Shown one piece after another: positions 1-10,014 of a DNA stretch of 64,000 nt. The first letter of the stretch is position 1. Each line of letters starts with the position of its first letter. The stretch is from Candidatus Poribacteria bacterium (GTDB lineage Bacteria; Poribacteria; WGA-4E; PCPOR2b), in NCBI GenBank assembly GCA_965116925.1, contig OZ220744.1, forward strand, positions 320,001 through 384,000, in the 5' to 3' direction. Made by a program: the position numbers and the translations under genes. Under the pieces are notes generated by a model, which saw only the letters and a program-made list of their open reading frames with translations, was not told the origin of the DNA and ran no database searches.

Positions 1-35
1 GCAATCTGAGTTGTTTCAGCCAGAAAGACGAACAA

Positions 36-1844
36 ATGAAAGCGCAGCATACATACACAGAAAACGATGAGCGGCTATCTACAATTCTTAACAGTGTCAG
101 TGACGCTGTAATTGCCACGGATGGACAGGGATTGATAACATTTATGAATCCGGTTGCCGAAACGTTGACAGGTTGGGAAATGGAAGAAGCGTCTGGAAAG
201 CAGGTAACGGATATTTTCGATATTTCTGTTGGAAACGTCGGGAATCTTATAAAAGGCATGTCTTTGATAGAGGTATTTGAAAAAGGATCTGTTATCACCG
301 GGGGATCGTCTTCTGCTTCTGGGGACGACCATAATACCCACCTCATTGCGAAATCTGGTCGAGAAATCCCTATTGACTATAACATCACCCCCATCAAGGA
401 CGAGATGGGAAACCCTACCGGCATCGTTATAACGTTCCACGACATCAGTAAGTATAAAAGGATGGAGGGGCAATTAAACCAATCCATCAGCGAGTTACGT
501 CATCAAACCCAACTGTTGAAGACCGTCTTTGATAGTATGTATGATGGCATCGCGGTGCTCAGTAAAAGTGGTGAAATATTGTTCGCTAATCCAAGTCTGC
601 CACAGATTTTCGGTACGGAGCCCCCAAATACATTACCCAGTCAATGGTCTGAAACGTACGGTATTTTTTATCCTGACAAAGAAACACGCGTTCCGATGGA
701 TCAGATTCTCACACATATCTCCCACGGCGAGGAAATAAGAGATCAAGAGTTTTTTGTATGTAATAAGGAGCAGCCGGAGGGAATCCACATCAGGGCGAGT
801 GCTATCCCGTTATTTGATGAGAATCAGGAGGTTATAGCCTGTCTGTGCGTTATTCGTGACATCTTACGCGCCGAATTTGAGACGAACCGCTCTTTTGATG
901 AGATTGTGGGCAAAAGCCGAATCATGCAGCAGATGTTCACGTTGATGCAACGGGCAGCTGAAAGTGATATTACGGTGCTTATTTCAGGAGAAAGCGGTAC
1001 TGGTAAAGAATTGGTTGCACGCGCTATCCACGCGAATAGCCATCGAAAAGCGGGGCCCTTTATTACGGTAAATTGCGCTGCCATTCCTGAAACACTGCTT
1101 GAGAGCGAGCTGTTTGGGCATGAACGCGGGGCATTCACCGGTGCCACAACGAAACGGATCGGCAAATTTGAACAAGCGAATCGCGGGACTATCTTTTTTG
1201 ACGAAATTGGTGATATGCAATTGGCTCTACAAGCGAAATTGTTGCGTGTGCTTCAAGAGCGGCAGATCCAGCGCGTCGGCGGTACAGCGAATATCCGAAT
1301 TGACATCCGCGTGCTAACAGCGACAAATCAGGATTTAGAATCGGCGGTGGAAGCGGGCACTTTCCGAGAAGATTTGTTCTATCGGATTGAGGCTTTCCCA
1401 ATTGAGGTGCTCCCGCTTAAAGACCGGCGCGAAGATATTCCACTCTTGGTGGACCATTTTCTAAAAAAATACGCCGAAAAAATGAAGCAATCCGTTAAAG
1501 CGATTTCCGCCGATGCCTTACAATTATTGATGCAGTATGACTTTCCCGGCAACGTGCGCGAGCTGGAAAACGCCATTGAACGCGCCGTTCTGCTTGAGCC
1601 CACAGAACAGTTACAATCGAGTAACCTGCCTCCAAAGATTCTGTCAAGGATCTCTTCCAAACCTATCTTCTTTTTCCGCGACCCAACAGAAATCCCGCTG
1701 TTTCAAGAGGTTGAACGTGAAACGTTGGCTCACGCACTCAAGGTGATGGACAATAATATCACCAAGGCCGCTCAAGCCTTGAACATCGACCGATCCACCC
1801 TTTATCGAAAATTGAAGTTGTATCAACTCGTCGAGTCGGATTAA
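36..1844 (+). CDS. PAS-PAS sigma-54-dependent transcriptional activator (bEBP, Fis-type HTH); may extend 5' beyond the window
   Basis: Walker [18 protein letters not shown] loop, DEIGD Walker [10 protein letters not shown]-terminal [16 protein letters not shown]. The frame has no stop between position 3 and the ATG at 36. Confidence 0.95.
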   Translation: MKAQHTYTENDERLSTILNSVSDAVIATDGQGLITFMNPVAETLTGWEMEEASGKQVTDIFDISVGNVGNLIKGMSLIEVFEKGSVITGGSSSASGDDHNTHLIAKSGREIPIDYNITPIKDEMGNPTGIVITFHDISKYKRMEGQLNQSISELRHQTQLLKTVFDSMYDGIAVLSKSGEILFANPSLPQIFGTEPPNTLPSQWSETYGIFYPDKETRVPMDQILTHISHGEEIRDQEFFVCNKEQPEGIHIRASAIPLFDENQEVIACLCVIRDILRAEFETNRSFDEIVGKSRIMQQMFTLMQRAAESDITVLISGESGTGKELVARAIHANSHRKAGPFITVNCAAIPETLLESELFGHERGAFTGATTKRIGKFEQANRGTIFFDEIGDMQLALQAKLLRVLQERQIQRVGGTANIRIDIRVLTATNQDLESAVEAGTFREDLFYRIEAFPIEVLPLKDRREDIPLLVDHFLKKYAEKMKQSVKAISADALQLLMQYDFPGNVRELENAIERAVLLEPTEQLQSSNLPPKILSRISSKPIFFFRDPTEIPLFQEVERETLAHALKVMDNNITKAAQALNIDRSTLYRKLKLYQLVESD

Positions 1845-1907
1845 AGTTCCCAAGAACTTGGCTTCAAACCGATTTGTCATTCCGTTCTTCGCAGCGCAAT
1901 GTACCAA

Positions 1908-2322
1908 TAAGCCTTCTCGACTGTCGTAAAATGCGAAAAGTAGTATAGTATTCTGCGACAACCCCGACTCTATCTAGCTTTATTACAGACTTTCCGCCGC
2001 TATCCTCCCACTTAATCGATTTTAATTGTCGCATTTTGCGACATCTTCACCCCATCCACTCTCACGCTATCCGCCCGCCTGTATCCTTCAAAGACAAGCT
2101 ATCAAGGGATTTCTCAGGCTGCGCTCTCGTTCGATTAAGCATTGGCACAGTTTATGCTCATAAATCCAGTTATCCTTCCCGCGGCAGGGGTCCACTTCAC
2201 CGTCCTCGGTGTTGCCTGCCGCTCCCCTTGGACGGGGATTGGGTCCGATAAATCGAGACCAAGGAAGGTTGGAAGGGTTTCCCATTTATCCAATATCAAA
2301 GATTATCTTCAGGCGGGGTGTC
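1908..2322 (+). promoter_or_regulatory. Sigma-54 enhancer/promoter cassette A, copy 1
   Basis: TGGCAC-AGTTT-ATGC with GG at 2144-2145 and GC at 2156-2157 (GG-N10-GC). Perfect palindrome TGTCGCA-TTT-TGCGACA at 2027-2043 and weaker sites at 1922 and 1944. Near-identical copy at 18368-18770. Confidence 0.85.
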
Positions 2323-2595
2323 ACGCTACAATCTTGGCTCAATCTACCCGGAATATCATAGATATTGTCGATTGATTTTGGCAAATCAACCGATAGCAGT
2401 CCGAAATAATTTTTGATGTATGAGCAAAGGGGTGGGAGCCCCACCCCCTACGAAGAATCATCCTTCTATGTACCCCCTTGATTGTCCGGTTGCGCTGAAA
2501 TGTCAGCTGAACCTAACTATGGTGGGCCTGAGAATTAATGGTGGATTCCACTAATTCTTTACATGAACGAAATTTAAAAAAGAAAGGTGCGATAG

Positions 2596-3927
2596 ATGAA
2601 GCAACCACTGATTATTCTTATTTTTTTACTGACGTCAATAATATCAGCATTCGGCGATCATGGGGGTGTTGCGCTTAGAGAGATACCATCGGATACCCCC
2701 CTCACTCCCGACTCCAATACTTTCAGGGTGGAGGGGAGTGAGGGCCATACCGTCGCCGAGATGGAGGCACATGGATATAAGATAACCTTCCCCATTGGAG
2801 AAGGCGATATTTCTGTTATAGCACATAGCTATGACTACTCACAGTGGTTCATTGGCAGAAGAAAGGGGGCATCAACGACAACTCCAACGACATCGACACC
2901 AACGACAACAACTCCAACGACAACAACTCCAACGACAACAACTCCAACGACAACAACTCCAACGACAACAACAACATCGACACCAACAACAACTCCAACG
3001 ACAACGACACCAACAACACAGACTCCACCGCTAGTAGCCACGAAACTGGTGAAGATCTCAGGCGGTAACCAGCAGGGTGCCCCCGGTGAAGAGTTAGCGA
3101 ATCCGTTTGTTGTGGCAGTCCAAGACCAGAATGGCAGACTCTTGGCAGGGGCGACAGTCACCTTTGCTGTCACCGCAGGCGGCGGTGCTCTCAGTGCCAC
3201 CACCCCAACCACCGACGCAAACGGACAAGCGCAGACGACACTCACCCTCGGTTCTATGATAGGGACAAATAGTGTCCAAGCGAGTGTTGAAGGAATTGAC
3301 CAGACACAACTCTTTAGCGCGGAGGCGACCCTTATCGAGGCGGTGCGGAGAACTGTGGCTGATACGACCAGAGGCGGACCGGGGGACCGTCAACTTTACC
3401 AATTCGAGTTGCAACTACAACAGGGGTGGAATCTGATTCATCTACCGTTGACGGTATACGCTGTCAATAATGAATTGCACAGGATTCAAACTGCCGCGGA
3501 GCTGTATGAACTTATCCAACCGATCCTCATGTTCATCTACAGTAGTGAGGAGGGGTTTATGGGTACGCGCGAGGAGACCGACGTTATACTCGGTCCCAAT
3601 CAGGGGATTGCCGTATTAACCGATGCACCGGCGACGTTCACCTTGGTAGGGACGCGGCTGCCGGATCCGTTTCGGTTTGAGCGTGGGTTGAATTTTGTTG
3701 GTCTGCCACGGCAGTCAGTCGCCTTGCAACAGGTGAGCGATTTGTTGCGTGTCTACGAGGAAGCCGTTATAGTCGTCACAACGGTAGACGGTAAGTTCGC
3801 GGCGGTGGGGCGCGCGGCGGATCCGGGGGATCACACGATTACCGGCGGTCAATCGTTTTTTATTATAATGACTGCGCCGCGCGAGACGCACTTCTACGGA
3901 CCGGCGTGGGGGACACCTATTGAATGA
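2596..3927 (+). CDS. Secreted protein with Thr/Pro-rich linker and bacterial Ig-like (Big_1/invasin-type) domain
   Basis: Signal peptide MKQPLIILIFLL..AFG, (PTTTT)n tract, KISGGNQQG..L.NPFVVAVQD..TDANGQAQTTLTLG Big_1-like motif. Confidence 0.8.
   Translation: MKQPLIILIFLLTSIISAFGDHGGVALREIPSDTPLTPDSNTFRVEGSEGHTVAEMEAHGYKITFPIGEGDISVIAHSYDYSQWFIGRRKGASTTTPTTSTPTTTTPTTTTPTTTTPTTTTPTTTTTSTPTTTPTTTTPTTQTPPLVATKLVKISGGNQQGAPGEELANPFVVAVQDQNGRLLAGATVTFAVTAGGGALSATTPTTDANGQAQTTLTLGSMIGTNSVQASVEGIDQTQLFSAEATLIEAVRRTVADTTRGGPGDRQLYQFELQLQQGWNLIHLPLTVYAVNNELHRIQTAAELYELIQPILMFIYSSEEGFMGTREETDVILGPNQGIAVLTDAPATFTLVGTRLPDPFRFERGLNFVGLPRQSVALQQVSDLLRVYEEAVIVVTTVDGKFAAVGRAADPGDHTITGGQSFFIIMTAPRETHFYGPAWGTPIE
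2873..3022 (+). repeat. Intragenic ~15-bp tandem repeat (ACAACTCCAACGACA) encoding PTTTT units
   Basis: Directly visible tandem repeat. Confidence 0.9.
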
Positions 3928-4057
3928 GCACATGATGGGTTAGAGGCATTTATGATAGATCTTAGAATTAACGACACGCGTCAAACGCATCTCAAACGGG
4001 AGGGTAGTGCCGGGCAAGCCTGATGCGACTGATGAACGAATGGGAAGGAAAAACAGA

Positions 4058-7000
4058 ATGGCAAATGCGAAGATCATGATTGTTGAAAGCAATCCCCTTA
4101 TTGCTGAAGACATCGAAGCACGCTTAAAAACGCTAGGATACACTGTTTGCGCTGTCGCTTCATCCGAGGCGGAAGCGGTTGCAAAAGCGGCGGAAATACG
4201 TCCCGACGTAGCCTTGATCAATACAGAACTTGAAGGGCAGCTGGGAGGTTTTGAAGTTGCTCAGGAGATATCTAACCGTTTCAACATTCCGGTGGTATAT
4301 CTGATTGATTCCATGAACGAGGATTTATTAGAGAAGGTAAAGGTAACTAGGGAATTTGGCTATGTCTTCAAACCGTATGAAACGAACCAGTTACGCCTGA
4401 TTATCGAAAGTCAACTTTACCGGTATGCGGAAGATCAGAAAGCCATGGACGAGGAGCAGCGGAGATCTGCGATTCTCAACAATATTGGGGATGCCGTGAT
4501 TACCACGGACGAAGGTGGATTCGTAACATTTATGAATTCGGTTGCTGAGCTCTTGACGGGCTGGCCGCTCGAAGAAGCCGGTGGGGTGTACATAACGAAC
4601 GTTTTCAGTGTGTCGGTTGGAGAATCGAATAGGTCTATTAGAACGAGTTTGATGAATGTACTCCACAAAGGAATCACTATCCAGTGGGGATTGTCAGAGG
4701 CCCGCGATAATGCCCACCTCAATGCTAAATCTGGTCTAAAAGTCGCCATTGACTATCATGCCGCGCCTCTCAGAGACAAACAGAGAAACATCACAGGGGT
4801 AGCTGTGACCTTCCGCGATATGAGGAAGCAGAGAGAAACGGAAAATCGGTTGGACCAGACCATCGCCGAATTGGAAAATCAGAACCAATTGATGGAAACC
4901 GTTTTTAACAGTATCAGTGATGGTATCATCGTTATCAATCCAGAGGGCAGCGCATTACTCACCAATCCAAGTGCCGAACGAATTTTCGGGATGCCGCCAC
5001 GGGAGGTAAAACCGAGCGAGTGGGCTGAAACATACGGTATTTTTTATCCGGATCAAGAAACATATATACCGGCCGATCAGATGCCGGTTACACAGGCTCT
5101 CCAGGGTAAGGTATTAGAAGCGGGCGAGTTCTTTATACGCAATAAGGAGCAACCGGATGGGGTTTATGCCAGGGGCAGTGCAGTCCCTCTATTTGGTAGC
5201 AATGGGGAGATTAGAGGCAGCGTCGCCATTATTAGCGACATCACAAAGGACAAAATAACAGCAGCAAAGCTGGAACAAACAATTACTGAACTACAAAATC
5301 AGAACCAACTGATGGAAACCGTTTTTAATAGTATCAGTGATGGTGTCGTTGTTACCGATGAAGAGGGGATTTTTTTACTTGTTAATCCAAGTGCCGAACG
5401 GATTGTCGGTCTGGGGGTAACGGAGACGATACCCGATGAATGGGCTGAAGAATATGGCACTTTTTATCCCGATCAAGTGACCCCTTTCCCTTCGGATCAG
5501 CTACCACTCGTTCACGCCATTCAGGGTAAGTCCACAGATGGAGTAGATCTGTTTATACGCAATCCGGAAAATCCGGATGGTAGTTTTATCAATGTCCATG
5601 GGAGACCGCTACAGGATCAGGAAAATGTTGTGAAGGGGGGCGTGATTGTTTTCCGCGATGTCACGCAGATCAAGCGCACGGAGGCCAGGTTAGAACAGAC
5701 CATTGATGAACTGGAAAAGCAGGCTCAACTGATAGATACTATTTTTGATAGTATGAGTGATGGGGTGGTCGTTGCTGACGACAAGGGGCAATACATAATG
5801 GCTAACCCAGCTGCGGAAAGGATGATCAGTCGCAATTTTGAGGAGTTAGATCTTCCCCAAGCATCTGAGCAATACGGTCTTTTTGATCCCACTACAGACG
5901 CATTGTTTCCCGCAGATCAGCTTCCACTCGCCCTGGCCATCGAAGGTAAGGCGACAAACAACGTCGAAATGCGTGTAGGCGGCGGGCAATCGTCACAGGC
6001 GGCTTATGTCAGTGTAAATGGGAGGCCTCTACTCGACAAAAACGGCACTTTGATAGGAGGGGTGGTGGTTGCTCGCGATGTCACGCAGCTTAAGGAGACA
6101 GAGATTGAGTTGGACCAGACCGTCGCCGAATTGGAAAATCAGAACCAACTGATGGAAACCGTTTTTAACAGTATCAGTGATGGGGTGGCCGTCACCGATG
6201 AGAAGGGGCGTTTTTTACTTGTGAATCCGGAGGCAGAACAAATTGTCGGTATGGAGGCAGCAGAGACGCCCCCTGATAAATGGGCTGAAACATACGGTAT
6301 TTTTCATCTTGATAAAACGACACCTTTTCCAGCAGCACCGCCGCTCATGCGTATCATATCCGGTGAAGCAATAGACGATCTCAATGTGTTTATACGCAAT
6401 TCTGGGAGACCGGAGGGTGTTTATGTCAACGTGAGTGGGAGAGCCTTGAAGTCTAACGACGGTAATGTGAGAGGTAGCGTTATCGCTTTCCGCGATGTCA
6501 CGCAGCTTAAGGAGACAGAGATTGAGTTAGAACAAACCGTCGCCGAATTGGAAAATCAGAACCAACTGATGGAAACCGTTTTGAACGGTATCAGCGATGG
6601 CGTACTCGCTACCGATACAAACGGGAGATACTTATTTTTTTCTGAAAAGATGAAACAATTAGTTGGTGTACCTTTGGTACGGGATTTAGAAATTGATCAG
6701 CGGCCTCGGGCATACGGTCTCTTTTACCCCGATAAAAAAACGCTTATCGCGGGAGAGGATCTTCCGCTCACCCGGGCGATGCGCGGTGAGATAACAGATG
6801 ACATTGAGTTGTTTGTCCGCAATTCGGCATTGTCGGAAGGTATTTTTATCAAGGCTAGCGGGAGGCCTCTACAAGGCCCAGATGGGAAGATGATGGGTGG
6901 GGTTGTCTTAGTCCGCGATGTTACCGAGCTTAAGGAAGCAGAGATTCAGTTGGAACAGACCGTCGCCGAATTGGAAAATCAGAACCAACTGATGGAAACC

Positions 7001-8641
7001 GTTTTGAATCAGATGAGTGATGGTGTGATTCTTGCTAATAAGGAAGGGCAATACATCATGGCTAACAGGACTGCGGAACAGATGACCGGTCGTAGCCTGC
7101 GGCACATAAGTGGACAGGAGGCCGTTGAACAATACGGCTTCTTTCTCCCCGATAAAAAAACGCCCTTCCCCGCTAATCAGCTTCCGATTGCACGTACCCT
7201 TCGCGGTGAGCCGGCAGACAACATTGGGATGTTTGTCTACAATCCGTCGATGATGCGGGAGGGGATTCATTTAAGTGTCAGTGCGAGACCCCTATATGAC
7301 GGGCAAGGTGCTATAACAGGAAGCGTATCCGTCTCGCGCGATGTCACCGAACTCAGACAGGCAGAAATCAATTTGAAAGACATGGTCCAACAACTTGAAG
7401 AGCAGGGTGCGCTGCTAGAATCCATTTTTAATAGTATCAGTGATGGGGTGGTCGTCGCTGATGTAGATGGCAACTTTAGAATTTTTAATCCAAGTGCCGA
7501 AAGAATTATCGGTATCGGGGCAACAGAGGCGGAGACCGATGAATGGAGCGACACTTATGGGCTCTTTTTCCCCGATAGAGTGACGCCCTTTCCAACAGAT
7601 GAACTCCCGTTAGTGCGTGCCATCCAAGGCGAAATCGTAGACGACCTAGAGATGTTTGTCCGCAATCCGAATGTACCAGAAGGTGTTTTTATCAGCGTCA
7701 GTGCGAGCCCCTTACAGGACGACGAAGGCAACGCGAAGGGGGGCGTGGCTGTATTTCGAGATGTGACTCAGCGAATGATTGCCGAAGAAGCGTTGACCCA
7801 AGCATTTGCACAAGGCCGGCTGGAGATTGTCGATACGATTCTCCACAACATCGGCAACGCAATCAACAGTGTAACGTCAGGCGCTGAAATACTCCAGAGA
7901 GAGTTACACGGCAATCCGTTAATCCCCCGTCTTACTGCCCTGGCTAGCGCGATAAAAGCGCGTGAAGATGATTGGATTGATTACATCAAAAACGACCCAC
8001 AAGGGCAGCAGGTGCTCCCGTTTATTTGTGCGATCGCCGCCGATTTTAAAAATCAAAACGATAGGTGGTTACAACGGGCTGAACGGATCAAACAGCGGGC
8101 GACACATATCGCTGATATTGTCATCACACAAAAGTCATTTGGCAATTCAAGTATAGTCCGCAAGGATGTCAATATTTATGAGGTCATTGATGATGCGCTA
8201 AAGTTACAGCAAGAGTCGATCGACAGAAGAGGGATCGAGATTGATATCGACTGCGAAAACGCGCCACAAGAGATTCGGATTCAGGAGAGTCAATTTCATC
8301 AAATGTTGGTCAATCTTATCAAAAATTCAATTGAAGCCATTGATGAATCGGTTCAATCGGGCGGTTTCAATGGGACCCCGCGCATCCGTGTCAGAACCTA
8401 TATTGATGGAGATTTTTACTGTCTTGAGGTGATTGATAACGGTATAGGCGTAGAACGGGAAAACAACAAGTTGATTTTTGCCGCTGGTTATACCACAAAG
8501 GAATCGGGGAGCGGGCTCGGTTTGCATTCAATCGCGAATTTTGTCATCGCAGCCGGCGGGAAAATTGAGCCGGTGAGTGAAGGTATCGGCAAAGGTATGA
8601 CGATGCGTGTCATGCTGCGGCTCTCCTCTGTTCTCCCATAG
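4058..8641 (+). CDS. Sensor histidine kinase: N-terminal degenerate receiver, 8 PAS domains, HisKA and HATPase_c
   Basis: Eight S(I/M)SDG/IGDA-type PAS starts, H-box ILHNIGNAINSV, N-box NLIKNSIEA, DNGIG, TTKESGSGLGL. ATG at 4058 preferred over the GTG at 4007. Confidence 0.93.
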   Translation: MANAKIMIVESNPLIAEDIEARLKTLGYTVCAVASSEAEAVAKAAEIRPDVALINTELEGQLGGFEVAQEISNRFNIPVVYLIDSMNEDLLEKVKVTREFGYVFKPYETNQLRLIIESQLYRYAEDQKAMDEEQRRSAILNNIGDAVITTDEGGFVTFMNSVAELLTGWPLEEAGGVYITNVFSVSVGESNRSIRTSLMNVLHKGITIQWGLSEARDNAHLNAKSGLKVAIDYHAAPLRDKQRNITGVAVTFRDMRKQRETENRLDQTIAELENQNQLMETVFNSISDGIIVINPEGSALLTNPSAERIFGMPPREVKPSEWAETYGIFYPDQETYIPADQMPVTQALQGKVLEAGEFFIRNKEQPDGVYARGSAVPLFGSNGEIRGSVAIISDITKDKITAAKLEQTITELQNQNQLMETVFNSISDGVVVTDEEGIFLLVNPSAERIVGLGVTETIPDEWAEEYGTFYPDQVTPFPSDQLPLVHAIQGKSTDGVDLFIRNPENPDGSFINVHGRPLQDQENVVKGGVIVFRDVTQIKRTEARLEQTIDELEKQAQLIDTIFDSMSDGVVVADDKGQYIMANPAAERMISRNFEELDLPQASEQYGLFDPTTDALFPADQLPLALAIEGKATNNVEMRVGGGQSSQAAYVSVNGRPLLDKNGTLIGGVVVARDVTQLKETEIELDQTVAELENQNQLMETVFNSISDGVAVTDEKGRFLLVNPEAEQIVGMEAAETPPDKWAETYGIFHLDKTTPFPAAPPLMRIISGEAIDDLNVFIRNSGRPEGVYVNVSGRALKSNDGNVRGSVIAFRDVTQLKETEIELEQTVAELENQNQLMETVLNGISDGVLATDTNGRYLFFSEKMKQLVGVPLVRDLEIDQRPRAYGLFYPDKKTLIAGEDLPLTRAMRGEITDDIELFVRNSALSEGIFIKASGRPLQGPDGKMMGGVVLVRDVTELKEAEIQLEQTVAELENQNQLMETVLNQMSDGVILANKEGQYIMANRTAEQMTGRSLRHISGQEAVEQYGFFLPDKKTPFPANQLPIARTLRGEPADNIGMFVYNPSMMREGIHLSVSARPLYDGQGAITGSVSVSRDVTELRQAEINLKDMVQQLEEQGALLESIFNSISDGVVVADVDGNFRIFNPSAERIIGIGATEAETDEWSDTYGLFFPDRVTPFPTDELPLVRAIQGEIVDDLEMFVRNPNVPEGVFISVSASPLQDDEGNAKGGVAVFRDVTQRMIAEEALTQAFAQGRLEIVDTILHNIGNAINSVTSGAEILQRELHGNPLIPRLTALASAIKAREDDWIDYIKNDPQGQQVLPFICAIAADFKNQNDRWLQRAERIKQRATHIADIVITQKSFGNSSIVRKDVNIYEVIDDALKLQQESIDRRGIEIDIDCENAPQEIRIQESQFHQMLVNLIKNSIEAIDESVQSGGFNGTPRIRVRTYIDGDFYCLEVIDNGIGVERENNKLIFAAGYTTKESGSGLGLHSIANFVIAAGGKIEPVSEGIGKGMTMRVMLRLSSVLP

Positions 8642-8660
8642 TGGGGCGATAAATTGTCAG

Positions 8661-8878
8661 GCCCGGTAGGTGCGGTTTTATGAAGTTTAAGTATTTAAAT
8701 CGGTAATCCCTATTTTCCTCGAAACATACGGTAGGCGCGGTTTTCAACCGCGCCGGCGTCGCTAGCAAATTACCGAACTGTTTTTTTAATTTTCATTTAA
8801 CCGCACCGAATTCAGCCCAATCCGGTAGATTTGGTTTTTAACCGCATCGCATTGGCGCAGTTATAAACAGCGCCTACC
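8661..8878. repeat. REP cluster upstream of the RAYT (GTAG-type REPs)
   Basis: GGTAGG(C/T)GCGGTTTT..AACCGC(G/A)CC hairpins; minus-strand REP at 8854-8878. Confidence 0.85.
8680..8796. mobile_element. 117-bp MITE-like element inserted in the loop of a REP; homologous to 15395-15510
   Basis: The uninterrupted REP at 9449-9500 shows the empty site. Ends ATGAAG...TTTCAT, inner CGGTAAT/ATTACCG inverted repeat, central REP. Confidence 0.75.
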
Positions 8879-8914
8879 AAATACGAGAATGGTAGATATG
8901 GAGGAAAACCAAAC

Positions 8915-9388
8915 GTGAACACCGGTCCCAAACATCGAAGCCACAATCTCCGCAAAGGCAGGACTTCAATACAAGGCACATATTACCATATCATCATCTG
9001 TACACACCAGCGACAGAAAATTCTAATGGAACCCACAATTGCATCAATTATCTTCAAAGCATTCGACTGGCTCGAAACAGAGAATCGCCAGGAATGGGTA
9101 TGTATCATGGTGATGCCGGATCATGTACACACGGTTATTAAACTTGGACAAGGGCAGACCTTGGGACAAGTTTTGCATTCGATGAAACGCTTTACAGCAC
9201 ACGAGATTAACAAACATTTATCCCGGACCGGATCTCTCTGGCAGAAAGGTTATACCGATTGGGGCATTCGGGACGAGATGGCCTTAAACAAAACAATCCG
9301 CTATTGTTATGCGAACCCTGTGAGAGCGGGTATAGTCGCGTTAGCTCGAGATTATCCATATTGGCGATGCAAATTCCAGATGGAATAG
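8915..9388 (+). CDS. REP-associated tyrosine transposase (RAYT, Y1_Tnp/HUH family)
   Basis: YYHIIICT, HUH motif VMPDHVH, LWQKGY, Y..ANPVRAG, DYPY; flanked by REPs on both sides. Confidence 0.92.
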   Translation: MNTGPKHRSHNLRKGRTSIQGTYYHIIICTHQRQKILMEPTIASIIFKAFDWLETENRQEWVCIMVMPDHVHTVIKLGQGQTLGQVLHSMKRFTAHEINKHLSRTGSLWQKGYTDWGIRDEMALNKTIRYCYANPVRAGIVALARDYPYWRCKFQME

Positions 9389-9410
9389 TGGGTGTAGTGT
9401 CGGTTGAAAC

Positions 9411-9984
9411 GGCGCAGTTGGAAACAGCGCCTACCAAGCTTTCCCCAGGCCCGGTAGGTGCGGTTTTTAACCGCACCGAATTCAGTCCAACCCGGTAGAT
9501 TTGGTTTGCAACCGTACCGCATCGGCGCAGTTATAAACAGTGCCTACCGAATGGGAGGCCGTGAGGGTGGAAACGGCGCAGTTGAAAACAGCGCCTACCA
9601 TACACAGGAAGCATCGGCGCAGTTATAAACAGTGCCTACCGAATGGGAGGCCGTGAGGGTGGAAACGGCGCAGTTGAAAACAGCGCCTACCATACACAGG
9701 AAGCATTGGCGCAGTTATAAACAGCGCCTACCGAATGGGAGGCCGTGAGGGTGGAAACGGCGCAGTTGAAAACAGCGCCTACCATACACAGGAAGCATTG
9801 GCGCAGTTATAAACAGCGCCTACCGAATGGGAGGCCGTGAGGGTGGAAACGGCGCAGTTGAAAACAGCGCCTACCAAATGGAAGAACGGTAACGACGGTT
9901 TCCTAACCGCATCGCATCGGCGCAGTTGAAAACAGCGCCTACCATACACAGGAAGCATCGGCGCAGTTAGAAACAGTGCCTACC
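9411..9984 (-). repeat. REP/BIME-like array: eleven 25-bp REPs, including about 4 tandem 92-bp units
   Basis: GGCGCAGTT(N3)AACAG(C/T)GCCTACC at 9411, 9524, 9575, 9616, 9667, 9708, 9759, 9800, 9851, 9919 and 9960; two linker sequences alternate. Confidence 0.92.
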
Positions 9985-10014
9985 AAACTTCTGTTAAATA
10001 TAAGAGGGGATTCA

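Noticed and set aside
2178..2240. HDV-like ribozyme
   Set aside because: Pseudoknot order is similar, but P3/L3 do not fit and the GG of P1.1, P4 and the catalytic C-R-A segment are missing
2142..2375. Paralogous ORFs MAQFMLI.. (also 18602-19015)
   Set aside because: They start at the TTG inside the sigma-54 -24 box, lack an RBS and diverge in frame and length between copies
2831..3245. Alternative-frame low-complexity ORFs (QRQQL, NDNNS, VVVG)
   Set aside because: By-products of the 15-bp tandem repeat in the real gene
4851..7020. Diversity-generating retroelement template/variable repeats
   Set aside because: No reverse transcriptase, and the differences are not adenine-specific
9411..9984. 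CRISPR array
   Set aside because: The intervening sequences are two alternating repeated linkers rather than unique spacers, the repeats are GTAG-type REPs beside a RAYT, and no cas genes are present
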